Positions 1 through 8,781 of a DNA stretch of 64,000 bases are shown here, one piece after another. Every line of letters starts with the position of its first letter. Positions within the stretch are counted from its first letter, which is position 1. The notes beneath the pieces are model-generated. The model did not search any database and was not told the DNA's origin. It saw nothing but the letters and a program-made list of their open reading frames with translations. The translations under genes and the position numbers were made by a program. Source of the DNA: an uncultured delta proteobacterium (lineage in GTDB: Bacteria > Bdellovibrionota > FAC87 > UBA2466); NCBI GenBank assembly GCA_963778115.1, contig CAVZSV010000004.1, positions 2,144,001 to 2,208,000 of the forward strand, in the 5' to 3' direction.

Positions 1-32
1 CCGAACCTAGTTTAGATCATTGGACCGAGCCC

Positions 33-836
33 ATGGGAGTCAGCACGGAGAAGACAGCCGACATTGTGGGAAAGATGCTGTTGGAAGGTCGGGCGCCCAA
101 CGGTAGGCCAATTAAATTTTCTTCCCTCTCTCCTGAAGTAGCTGACAGGCTGCGCGCCAATCCTAATCTGGCGGGCAAAGTGATCGTGGAGGAGGATCCC
201 GATGCACACGATTACATCTACCCACTCTCTCAATTAGTGGATCTCAATGCCACGAAAAAGCTTAGGGATCGCAGCAGCCAATTGCGAAGATTTGATACGG
301 AACATCCAGGTATTAGCGCTCTTGAAATTGGAAATGCGTCTCCCGAAGAAGCTGAAGCAGATAGGTTCCTCTCTGATTGGATAAATCAGCGCGCCCAGGC
401 ACTTTCCGATACTTCGTTATCCGAGAGCTCTCGAGAAAGCCTTGCTAAAGCAGTCAACGAGGGTAAGGCCGCAAAACACCTTTTCGAAGCTTTGCCGGGG
501 GCTTTGAGGTTTGGATTAAAGGAAAATGGGAAACTCATTGGAGTTGCTGTGGGGGAAATGGCAGCGATGAAGGTGGGCAACCAGATGAAAAACGTTTTTG
601 TCATCTATGTTCAAAAGACTAACGGTGCCGTAAAAAATGCGATCGTTAAGCTAAATCACAGCTTGGTGTCTTTCATTCAACAGTCTCCAGACAGATTTGG
701 AGATGTCGTTTACGTCAATATGATGGACGACGCCGGAGAGTCGTCTCTAAGACGAATGAAGAAAGATTACAGTCCCTCCGAAGACTTGGGAAGATCCTTT
801 CGCGCCTATCCCGCTACCGCTGGGGTTCCCCCGTAA
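33..836 (+). CDS. DUF2156 / LPG_synthase_C-like (GNAT-fold) domain protein, divergent; probably 5'-truncated by the window edge
   Basis: DYIYPLSQLVDL..KKLRDR...LRRF and YVNMMDDAG..SLRRMKKDYSP resemble the DUF2156 motifs DYIY...L.G.K...KRN and YINRE.D.G..GLR..K.SY.P; the frame is open from position 3. Confidence 0.55.
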   Translation: MGVSTEKTADIVGKMLLEGRAPNGRPIKFSSLSPEVADRLRANPNLAGKVIVEEDPDAHDYIYPLSQLVDLNATKKLRDRSSQLRRFDTEHPGISALEIGNASPEEAEADRFLSDWINQRAQALSDTSLSESSRESLAKAVNEGKAAKHLFEALPGALRFGLKENGKLIGVAVGEMAAMKVGNQMKNVFVIYVQKTNGAVKNAIVKLNHSLVSFIQQSPDRFGDVVYVNMMDDAGESSLRRMKKDYSPSEDLGRSFRAYPATAGVPP

Positions 837-2241
837 CTTGCAATGAAACTTTTGCTAAATGCCTTCCAAAGGCTTTCATAATGAAAAGGTGCGCTTTGGC
901 TTGCGTGAGCGTGTAGAGGAGCCATGGCAATCTGGGTCGAAAATCGAGTACCGCCGAAAGCACAAAACGTCTGCCGGCCAATTCGCGAAACTCCATTCGT
1001 CCCCTGCCTTCTCCTCGTGTCAGCACTCCGCCCCTGATATAAAAAAGCGACCGGTCAGCGGTACTTCTTTCAACGGAATATTCTAAGACCAACCAAGCGA
1101 CAGGCAGCGGCCAAAAGCGAAACGTGCAAACGTTTTCGATTACCGTTACTCGCAAAGGAAGGACAAGTCTGGCTAACCACCGCAAATACTCTTCACCCAC
1201 CCATTTGGCATTTTTCTCGGCAGGAAGGGGAAGTCTCTGGACAGAACGCACGAATCGCGGTGTTTTTCTGAGTTGCCTGGCTCCTACGAAAGCTAAAGGG
1301 CGTGACTTACTTTTTGAATTGCACTGCTCGACCGCAACTCGCAAAGCGTTCTCAAGGGGAACGGGAGTAACTCCTGCCATCTCATTCAGTCTTAAATCGC
1401 GAGCCACCATGGGGTGCTTAAGACTTTGGATGAGCGGATACACCAAAGACGAAGGAGCTTGAGTAATGAGTCGTACCCATAACTTTGAAAGGCCGGGAGT
1501 GAAAAAAGGGAATCGAAAGGTTCGGCAACGGGTTCCCAAAATATGCGACAGTTGCACAATCATCTTACGATAACTCGTGATTTCATTCCCTCCGATGTCG
1601 AACGTTTGGCCGAAAGCCTCTGGTTCGTTAATTACATACCGCAAGAGCTTAATGGCGTCAGTGAGAGCGATGGGTTGGGTAGGTGTGTCAGTCCATTTGG
1701 GACAGATCATGACGGGCAGTCTTTTCACCAAGCGATAGAGCATTTGGAATGAGGAGCCCTCTGTGCCCACAATGATTCCGGCCCGCAGAACGGTTACTGG
1801 AACTTGATGAGATCGCAGAGCCTCTTCCACTTCAAGGCGACTTTGCAAATGGCGCGACAAGGGGCGAGTCGAGGGAATGAGTCCCCCTAAATAGACAATC
1901 TGTTTAACCCCGTTTTTAAGGCAGGCTCTGGCAAAGTTGTCCGCCGCAATGATATCGAAATCCTCGAAGCTTCCTTGGGTCAATCGAGCGGAGGGCATCA
2001 TGGAATGGACAAAATAAAAAGCGACCTCTGCCCCCTTTAAGCCACGTTCCGCTTCGATGAGGGAAAATAGATCGCAAGTGCGCCATTCCTGAACGACATC
2101 CTCTTGAGGTATCGTGGCGCGCTTAGCAAATCGAGAAAGACCAATGAGAGAAAAATCGGGTTTGATCGCTTTAGCGAGGCCGGCGCCGACAAACCCAGAG
2201 GCTCCAGCGATAGCGATCGTTCTAATTGAGGAGGTTGTCAT
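814..2241 (-). CDS. NAD(P)-dependent epimerase/dehydratase (atypical SDR, YbjT-like) with C-terminal extension
   Basis: N-terminal GASGFVG Rossmann motif, VYLGGL, HLQSRLEVE, LRAGIIVG. Confidence 0.85.
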   Translation of the reverse strand: MTTSSIRTIAIAGASGFVGAGLAKAIKPDFSLIGLSRFAKRATIPQEDVVQEWRTCDLFSLIEAERGLKGAEVAFYFVHSMMPSARLTQGSFEDFDIIAADNFARACLKNGVKQIVYLGGLIPSTRPLSRHLQSRLEVEEALRSHQVPVTVLRAGIIVGTEGSSFQMLYRLVKRLPVMICPKWTDTPTQPIALTDAIKLLRYVINEPEAFGQTFDIGGNEITSYRKMIVQLSHILGTRCRTFRFPFFTPGLSKLWVRLITQAPSSLVYPLIQSLKHPMVARDLRLNEMAGVTPVPLENALRVAVEQCNSKSKSRPLAFVGARQLRKTPRFVRSVQRLPLPAEKNAKWVGEEYLRWLARLVLPLRVTVIENVCTFRFWPLPVAWLVLEYSVERSTADRSLFYIRGGVLTRGEGRGRMEFRELAGRRFVLSAVLDFRPRLPWLLYTLTQAKAHLFIMKAFGRHLAKVSLQVTGEPQR

Positions 2242-2325
2242 AGTCGCAAGCCAACCTAGTCCTTTCTTCCTCAGATGGGAAATCGGAATTAGGCTGGGTC
2301 CGACGAAGACGAATAGTTAGGGTGG

Positions 2326-2694
2326 TTATCCGACTAGTGATCCGCCCATCTGAGTTCCGCCCAATAGATGGAGATGGACGTGATACATCGTCTGGCAGGC
2401 GTGGTCCCCGCTGTTGAAGACAGTTCTAAAACCGGGGCCAGCAATGCCTAACTGGGGCGCTATCTGCTGAACCGCCAAGAATAGGTCCTCAAAGATCGAA
2501 GCGTCTTCTGGTTTTACGTCGAGCACATCAATAATGTGCTTCTTAGGTACGATAAGGACATGAACCGGAGCTTGCGGGCTAATGTCCCGGAACGCAAAGA
2601 CACGTTCATTTTCAAAAACCTTCTCGCTAGGCAGGGTTCCTTGAACAATTTTACAAAAAATACATTCTTTCGACTTCATTCTTTCATTCGCCAT
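2326..2694 (-). CDS. hinT: histidine triad (HIT) nucleotide-binding protein
   Basis: CIFCKI, AFRDISPQAPVHVLIVPK, HVHLHLLGG; GGAGG RBS upstream. Confidence 0.92.
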   Translation of the reverse strand: MANERMKSKECIFCKIVQGTLPSEKVFENERVFAFRDISPQAPVHVLIVPKKHIIDVLDVKPEDASIFEDLFLAVQQIAPQLGIAGPGFRTVFNSGDHACQTMYHVHLHLLGGTQMGGSLVG

Positions 2695-2777
2695 TCGGAC
2701 AACCTCCAGAGATTTGTAGTTTTACCCCGTTTTCTCGACACTTGCCAAATCCGAAGTGGCAGGGCATTTGATAGAAC

Positions 2778-3341
2778 ATGAGGGTCAACGAACTAAAGGC
2801 GGTTCTGACCCCGCCACTTCCAGAACATATTCCCAAGGGTGATCACAGCGTTTCCTCGGTGCTGATTCCTATTGGATGGAATTCCCAGACCGATCGCGAA
2901 GAGATCCTTTTAACCAAGCGGACCGACTGGGTGGAGACGCATAAGGGTCAGATAAGCTTTCCTGGCGGTTTCTGGGAATCGAGCGATCGCCATTTACTCG
3001 ACACGGCGCTCCGTGAAACAGAAGAGGAAATTGGAACCAAGCCTTCCGATGTTGAGATCTTGGGAGCCTTAGAGCCGGTCCTGACCCGCGGAAATATCTT
3101 GATCCATCCCTGGGTCGCCAAAATAGTTCTCCCCTATCCCTTTGTGGTGAACAGTGCCGAAGTCGCACAGCTTCTGTATCTCCCCATGGAGACGCTGGTC
3201 ACTGAGGGGTTAAAACCGGTGGACGTAAACGTCGGGGAGTATACCGTCGCCAGTATCGGCATTCATGTCGAAGGGGAGCTGGTATGGGGAGCCACCGCGC
3301 GTCTGTTAGAGCAGGTTATTCGTCTTCTTAAGAGTCTTTAA
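2778..3341 (+). CDS. Nudix CoA pyrophosphatase (NudL family)
   Basis: LLTKR...HKGQISFPGG NuCoA motif, ALRETEEEIG Nudix box, VWGATA. Confidence 0.9.
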   Translation: MRVNELKAVLTPPLPEHIPKGDHSVSSVLIPIGWNSQTDREEILLTKRTDWVETHKGQISFPGGFWESSDRHLLDTALRETEEEIGTKPSDVEILGALEPVLTRGNILIHPWVAKIVLPYPFVVNSAEVAQLLYLPMETLVTEGLKPVDVNVGEYTVASIGIHVEGELVWGATARLLEQVIRLLKSL

Positions 3342-3909
3342 GCCCTTTTCCGACGAAGAAGATTTCCCGACTATGCTTTCTGGTACTTTCCGGACGTACT
3401 ATCCGGACTTGAGTGAAAGACCCGCGCATCTGTTTTTGAAAGTCTTCAAACGAATCCCCCATGAAAAGTTTCACGACAAAATTCCCGCCAGTCTTTAGGA
3501 ATTTTTGCGCCGTCGTCAGGGCAAGGCTACATAGTTCGAAAGAGAGCGCGACATCGCGATCGTGGATACCGCTGGTCTTGGGCGCCATATCACTTAGCAC
3601 GAGGTCTACCTTTTCTCCTCCCAAATGAACGGAAAAATCGATCTCTTCGATCGACTTTTGAAGAAATATCACTCGAGGGTCGACCACATTGAGGGGAGAA
3701 AGATCTACGGCGAGGATGGTGGCATGGGGAGCTTTTTCCAGGCAATATTGAGTCCAGGAGCCCGGTGCCGCGCCTAAATCCAAAATGCGCTTTACGCCTT
3801 TAAAGAGCCGTTCTTTGCGATCAATCTCACTGAGTTTATAGACAGATCTAGCTTCGTAGTCTTCTCGGCGAGCTTTCTTAGTAAAAGGATCATCATTCCA
3901 TTTTCGCAT
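3328..3909 (-). CDS. rlmE: 23S rRNA Um2552 2'-O-methyltransferase (RlmE/FtsJ)
   Basis: DPFTKKAR..Y.ARSVYKL, LDLGAAPGSW, LSDMAP, FVVKLF, SREIF; start moved to ATG 3909 (MRKWND). Confidence 0.93.
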   Translation of the reverse strand: MRKWNDDPFTKKARREDYEARSVYKLSEIDRKERLFKGVKRILDLGAAPGSWTQYCLEKAPHATILAVDLSPLNVVDPRVIFLQKSIEEIDFSVHLGGEKVDLVLSDMAPKTSGIHDRDVALSFELCSLALTTAQKFLKTGGNFVVKLFMGDSFEDFQKQMRGSFTQVRIVRPESTRKHSREIFFVGKGLKDS

Positions 3910-4708
3910 AAGCCCGAATACTCTTACCCGCCATTGAAAGGTGACACAATGCAAAATCATAACGAATGGGATCACTGGGAAAATAGAGCCTTAGTTTTTC
4001 GGTAGCGGCTTCAACTACTTTCCAAGTCGCCTGCTGCGACTTTGTCCATCCCAAACCGTGCAACGTTTTTAGCACATGGGTATCTACCGGCAGCATCAAT
4101 TGGTGGGAACCAAGCCCCTTCCATAAACCGAGATCGATGCCGTCGGGGGGCCGGACCATCCACCGTAGATACATATTGAGCCTTTTACAGGCACTCCCCC
4201 TTTTGGGATCTGAAATGAGATATTTGAGATTGCGAATCCGGCGTTTCAACTTTAGCCCGAGATGAGGGGGAGTGGGCTGAGAAGTGAATCGTTCGACAAA
4301 GCTAGACAACAACTCTTTCATAGGCAGATTTTTCTTCTGCTCTCCCAAAAAAAAGTTCTCTAAGTTTCCATGACTTCGTAACGCGGACTGGGTCCAGTAG
4401 GAAAGGATCTCAATATCATCGCCAGTGGTAAATCGATGGCGAAAACCAGAAAAAGAAAAGTCCTTACCGTTTAAAAGCGATTGATAAGGTGACTCTTCAA
4501 AAACTTTCAAAACTTTCCCTACGCTTGAAAGAATGGTGGCGACATTCCCATAAGATAAAAGTGCCGCAAAAAAAGCAGCACATTCCTGATCCCTAATATC
4601 GGGGTACCGATGCACTAACGAAACGGGATCTTTCTCACGATGAAAATGGCAATGGTAGTCGCGATAGGCCAATTCTAAAACTCGCTTGATTTCCGGTTTT
4701 GCCGCCAT
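3893..4708 (-). CDS. TIGR02757 / DUF2400 family protein
   Basis: DPV..H.Y, LSYGNV, SACKRLNMYLRWMVR, IDLGLW, PVDTHV, DPIRYDFALCH; overlaps the rlmE start. Confidence 0.9.
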   Translation of the reverse strand: MAAKPEIKRVLELAYRDYHCHFHREKDPVSLVHRYPDIRDQECAAFFAALLSYGNVATILSSVGKVLKVFEESPYQSLLNGKDFSFSGFRHRFTTGDDIEILSYWTQSALRSHGNLENFFLGEQKKNLPMKELLSSFVERFTSQPTPPHLGLKLKRRIRNLKYLISDPKRGSACKRLNMYLRWMVRPPDGIDLGLWKGLGSHQLMLPVDTHVLKTLHGLGWTKSQQATWKVVEAATEKLRLYFPSDPIRYDFALCHLSMAGKSIRAYAKME

Positions 4709-4763
4709 GGCGAGAACAAACTACCACAAAGACAACCAAAAAAGATCTAGACCTAGGTAATCA

Positions 4764-4834
4764 AGCTAAAGCCGGTGGCTAGAGCGAGAGCTAGTCGATA
4801 TTACTATAGCTAGCTTTAGCCACTCGCTTTAGCT
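4764..4834. repeat. imperfect 25-bp inverted repeat in a CTAG-rich intergenic region
   Basis: AGCTAAAGCCGGTGGCTAGAGCGAG (4764-4788) matches the reverse complement of CTAGCTTTAGCCACTCGCTTTAGCT (4810-4834) at 21/25. Confidence 0.75.
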
Positions 4835-4865
4835 CTATGATCTAGTTCTAATTCTAGTGCTATTC

Positions 4866-5411
4866 CTACTTTTTCCCAAAAACGGGGCGGGCCATCTCCA
4901 CCGTGGCATTAGGAGGATTATCGAAAGTTCTTTTCTTTTTCAGCTTAAACCGCGGACAGGTGGTCAACTCAAACGTAAATTTCATCTGGGCTTCAAGCTG
5001 CCTTGCGGTCTTTAGGATCTGCTTTTGTGCCCCCAAAGCTAGCGAGGAAGGGGGATGGTCGCCCATCTTCTCCTCTTCTTCCTTAAGCAGTTTTCTCTCT
5101 CGGTGGCCCATTTGTTTCATGACGGCATTCCTAAGCTCCTCGGGTGCCCCGATAAGAGCGTAGGCCAGTACCTTTGAAGTGGTCTTGGCGAAAATTTCGG
5201 CCTGAATGGCTTCATCAAGATAGATTAACTCTTCGAAGAAGACTACTTTGCGCATGACTTTGAAAACGAATTCAGAATCCTGTTGCTCCGCCTGTTCGAT
5301 AATTTTTGCACGGTTGGCGGGATCGGCCTGCTCGATTAGCATGGCGAAATCGATGAGTCCTTGCATACTGCGTTTGAATCGATTTAGATCAAGCTTTTTG
5401 ATGAATTCCAT
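4866..5411 (-). CDS. stand-alone FliG C-terminal domain-containing protein
   Basis: FFEELIYLDEAIQAEIF.....KVLAYALIGAPEELRNAVMKQMGHR.RKLLKEE resembles FliG_C; not in a flagellar cluster. Confidence 0.7.
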   Translation of the reverse strand: MEFIKKLDLNRFKRSMQGLIDFAMLIEQADPANRAKIIEQAEQQDSEFVFKVMRKVVFFEELIYLDEAIQAEIFAKTTSKVLAYALIGAPEELRNAVMKQMGHRERKLLKEEEEKMGDHPPSSLALGAQKQILKTARQLEAQMKFTFELTTCPRFKLKKKRTFDNPPNATVEMARPVFGKK

Positions 5412-5426
5412 TTTCTTATTGTATGC

Positions 5427-5453
5427 CTATCGACGACAAAAGTTAACTTGTTA
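5427..5453 (-). promoter_or_regulatory. putative sigma-28 (FliA)-type promoter
   Basis: minus strand TAAC-N15-GTCGATAG vs consensus TAAA-N15-GCCGATAA, 15 bp upstream of the FliG_C gene. Confidence 0.45.
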
Positions 5454-5488
5454 AGGCATTAGCTGACCGTTGCCACGGAGAACCACCA

Positions 5489-7009
5489 ATGTCTCATTAC
5501 ATACTTGCCATCGATCAAGGAACTACCGGAAGTACGGCTCTGCTCATCGACGAAACGTTGTCAGTGAAAGCGTCAGCGACGGTTGACTTCCCTCAGCATT
5601 TTCCTAGGCCATCTTGGGTGGAGCACGACCTTACCGAGATTTGGGCCTCGGTCGTTAAAGCGGTGGGAATGGTGATGCAGAGAATTCCTGGGGCTTCGCG
5701 CCAGATCGAAGCGATAGGAATTACTAACCAGCGTGAGACGACCTGTCTGTGGCACCGGGAAGTGGAAGCAACCCCCGTTTGCCGTGCCATTGTTTGGCAA
5801 GACCGGCGGACCGCCGACGAGTGTGCGAAGCTCGTTAAACAAGGCGTCGAAAAGACAGTGCACCGCCGCACTGGGCTACGCTTAGATCCTTATTTCAGCG
5901 GCACGAAGCTCGCGTGGATGCTAAAAAACGTTCCCGAAGCCGCGAGCCTAGCGAAAAAGGGTACTATCGCTTTTGGAACGATCGAAAGCTATTTGTTGTA
6001 TCGAATGACGGGCAGCCATCTCACCGAACCCAGTAATGCGTGTCGAACTCTGCTCATGGATCTCAAGACCTGCGAATGGGATGAGGAGATGTTAAAGCTC
6101 TTTGGCATTCCTAGATCACTACTCCCGCAGATCATGCCGTCTAGTGTGACCTACGGAAAGACGAAAGACTTTCCCGGGGTCCCCGATGGAGTTCCCGTGA
6201 CGGGTCTGGCAGGAGATCAACAGTCGGCACTCTTTGGACAGGCTTGCTTCTCCAAAGGTTCGGCCAAATGCACTTATGGGACTGGCGCGTTTATTTTGGC
6301 GAACACCGGAACGACTCCGGTGTTTTCTAAACACCGTCTGCTGACTTCGGTAGCCTGGAAGTTAGGCAACGACATCACCTATTGTATTGAAGGCAGTGCA
6401 TTCATCGCGGGAGCGGCGGTTCAGTGGGCGAGGGACGGTCTAAAAATGATTTCCAAATCTTCTGAGATAGAAGCTCTTGCCGCGACCGAATTGGATTCCG
6501 ACGGCGTGGTGTTTGTCCCCGCCCTTTCCGGAATGGGAGCCCCCCATTGGTTGCCTACGGCCACTGGACTATTTACGGGAATCACTCGTCGGACCACTCA
6601 AGGCCATATGGCGCGAGCGATTCTCGAAGGGATCGCTTTCCAGGTTCGAGAGCTTTTGGACGCCATGACTCAAGACTTGGGGAAAAAACTCTCTCCCATC
6701 CGGGTCGACGGAGGGGCATCTGCCGATGATCTTTTGATGCAACTCCAAGCCGATCTGCTGGGGGTAGACGTTGTACGATCTCAGGTGATGGAGACCACGG
6801 CGTTAGGGGCCGCTTTACAAGCGGGAATGGCGGTGGGGATGTGGAGTGGAATCGAAGAGATTAGAAAAGAATGGAAAGCAGGAAAGACTTTTTATCCTCA
6901 GATGACATCCGCTAAGCGACGAGAGGAGATTGGCCGCTGGGATCTTGCGATGAGTGCCGTAAGACTTCTGGCGGGAGGCAATAAGTCCACTACTAAGAAG
7001 AAGCATTAA
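5489..7009 (+). CDS. glpK: glycerol kinase
   Basis: LAIDQGTTGS, GITNQRET, IVWQDRRT, DPYFSGTK, GDQQSALFGQ, TYGTGAF, RVDGGAS, ETTALGAA. Confidence 0.97.
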   Translation: MSHYILAIDQGTTGSTALLIDETLSVKASATVDFPQHFPRPSWVEHDLTEIWASVVKAVGMVMQRIPGASRQIEAIGITNQRETTCLWHREVEATPVCRAIVWQDRRTADECAKLVKQGVEKTVHRRTGLRLDPYFSGTKLAWMLKNVPEAASLAKKGTIAFGTIESYLLYRMTGSHLTEPSNACRTLLMDLKTCEWDEEMLKLFGIPRSLLPQIMPSSVTYGKTKDFPGVPDGVPVTGLAGDQQSALFGQACFSKGSAKCTYGTGAFILANTGTTPVFSKHRLLTSVAWKLGNDITYCIEGSAFIAGAAVQWARDGLKMISKSSEIEALAATELDSDGVVFVPALSGMGAPHWLPTATGLFTGITRRTTQGHMARAILEGIAFQVRELLDAMTQDLGKKLSPIRVDGGASADDLLMQLQADLLGVDVVRSQVMETTALGAALQAGMAVGMWSGIEEIRKEWKAGKTFYPQMTSAKRREEIGRWDLAMSAVRLLAGGNKSTTKKKH

Positions 7010-8358
7010 AGTTTATCTTCTAAATCCTGAATGTGTTCGACCGAAATAAGATCGATCCCCTTAACCTCACCTATTTCATCCTTCGCTCGTTTAGGAATAA
7101 AGGCTCGCTTTAATCCTATTCTCTCGGCCTCCTTCAAACGAAGGGCCGCTTGGGGAACACTTCGGACTTCTCCCCCTAATCCCACTTCGCCAAAAAATAG
7201 GCTATCCTTCGACACCGGTTTGTTGGAATAACTTGAGATGAGTGCCGCTATCACCGCGAGATCGGCGGCGGGTTCATTGATTCGAAGTCCGCCCGCCACG
7301 TTTACGTAAACATCCTGATCGTATAACTGAAAGCCACCGCGCTTTTCTAAAATCGCTACGAGTAACGAGACCCGATTGGGATCGAGCCCTATCGCCGTTC
7401 TCCGGGGCATCGCGAGTGAAGTGGGTGAAGCTAGTGCTTGGACTTCGATCAAAAGCGGCCGTGTCCCTTCTATGCTGGCTACGATGACCGATCCTGGAAT
7501 CATCATGGGCCGCTCGGACAGAAAAAGCTCGGAGGGATTGGCGACGGCTCTTAGCCCCTTGCCCACCATCTCAAAAACCCCTATTTCATTGGTGGATCCG
7601 AATCGATTCTTGATAGAGCGAAGGAGTCTAAAATTTTGGGAGGCACTTCCTTCAAAATACAACACGACATCGACCATATGTTCCAAGACTTTAGGTCCGG
7701 CGATAGCTCCTTCTTTGGTGACATGGCCCACCAAGAAAGTGGCGATGTTCTTGGATTTGGCTAATGAAATAATTTGAAGAGCACATTCCCTCAACTGTCC
7801 CACACTCCCAGGCTGGGAATCCAATTTGCTGCTATAGATAGTTTGTACAGAATCGAGAATAAGGATCTTTGGCTTCGTTTTTTCGATATAGTTTTGGATC
7901 TGTTCGAGTGAGGTCTCCGAAACCACGAGAAGCTGTTTGCAATCGACCCCTAGGCGAGTTGATCGAAGGGCTATCTGACCTGTCGATTCTTCGCCGCTTA
8001 CATAGAGTACCTTGGGATGGGCCTTGGCGTATTCGTCGGCGGCTTGAAGTAGCAGAGTCGACTTACCGATTCCAGGCTCTCCACCCAGCAAGACCACACT
8101 GCCTGGGACGAGCCCACCCCCTAAGACGTTGTCTAATTCGTCGATATGGGAATGCAATCTTGGGATATTGAGCGCTACTATCTCAGAAATGGGTTGTGGG
8201 CTCTCCCCGGTTGCCAGTGACGGCTTCGTCCTGTTCGCAGGGGCCACCTCTCGTTCTTCGACGACACTGTTCCAGGCGCTGCACTCCTGGCACTTACCCA
8301 TCCACTTGGAGTACTGTTGGCCGCATTGCTGACAGACGTAGATGAATTTTTCTTTCAT
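7006..8358 (-). CDS. radA: DNA repair protein RadA/Sms
   Basis: C4 zinc finger, GEPGIGKST Walker A, KNRFG motif, Lon-like C-terminus. Confidence 0.98.
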   Translation of the reverse strand: MKEKFIYVCQQCGQQYSKWMGKCQECSAWNSVVEEREVAPANRTKPSLATGESPQPISEIVALNIPRLHSHIDELDNVLGGGLVPGSVVLLGGEPGIGKSTLLLQAADEYAKAHPKVLYVSGEESTGQIALRSTRLGVDCKQLLVVSETSLEQIQNYIEKTKPKILILDSVQTIYSSKLDSQPGSVGQLRECALQIISLAKSKNIATFLVGHVTKEGAIAGPKVLEHMVDVVLYFEGSASQNFRLLRSIKNRFGSTNEIGVFEMVGKGLRAVANPSELFLSERPMMIPGSVIVASIEGTRPLLIEVQALASPTSLAMPRRTAIGLDPNRVSLLVAILEKRGGFQLYDQDVYVNVAGGLRINEPAADLAVIAALISSYSNKPVSKDSLFFGEVGLGGEVRSVPQAALRLKEAERIGLKRAFIPKRAKDEIGEVKGIDLISVEHIQDLEDKL

Positions 8359-8514
8359 TATAGGCTGAATCTCAGAAGGGCTGGTCGACCGTCAAGCACG
8401 GCATGGAAGCATGGCTAAAGTAATCTTGGCGTCCCGTGTCGAGGTAACTCGAATTCTACCCGAGAAGCGAAAAAGATTCCGCTCATGTTTTTTTGCCCGA
8501 ATACACGACCCTCA

Positions 8515-8542
8515 TTGAAAAAAAATGACCGACTGGTACACT
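8515..8542 (+). promoter_or_regulatory. putative sigma-70 promoter for the SirB1-family gene leader
   Basis: TTGAAA-N16-TACACT with extended -10 TG. Confidence 0.5.
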
Positions 8543-8781
8543 TGAAGTATGGGGAGTTCAGGTTTCCCGTCTCTGCGTTTCTGCCGTCTCTAAGATGAGA
8601 CGAAAAACTTAAATCTCGAATCCTCCCCTTCAGCCAACAACTCAAAGAACAAGAAAAAGCCTTTCACTTCGTCACGTTGCCTTGGGCGTGTAGCAAGGAA
8701 TCCAGTCGATAGGATTCCCTGAGCCTTTACCGCGCCCCAATTCGACGCTGTGCAAATCGGCCGATTCCACTCCAAAAAAAT

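Noticed and set aside
3910..3975. Upstream extensions of rlmE (likewise bamD, spoVG, lepB, second DegT, matrixin)
   Set aside because: ORF-finder longest-start artefacts; family homology, RBS or signal peptides point to downstream starts
8551..8781. tmRNA, SRP, RNase P or 6S RNA
   Set aside because: Their diagnostic motifs were not found; kept only as an unassigned structured leader
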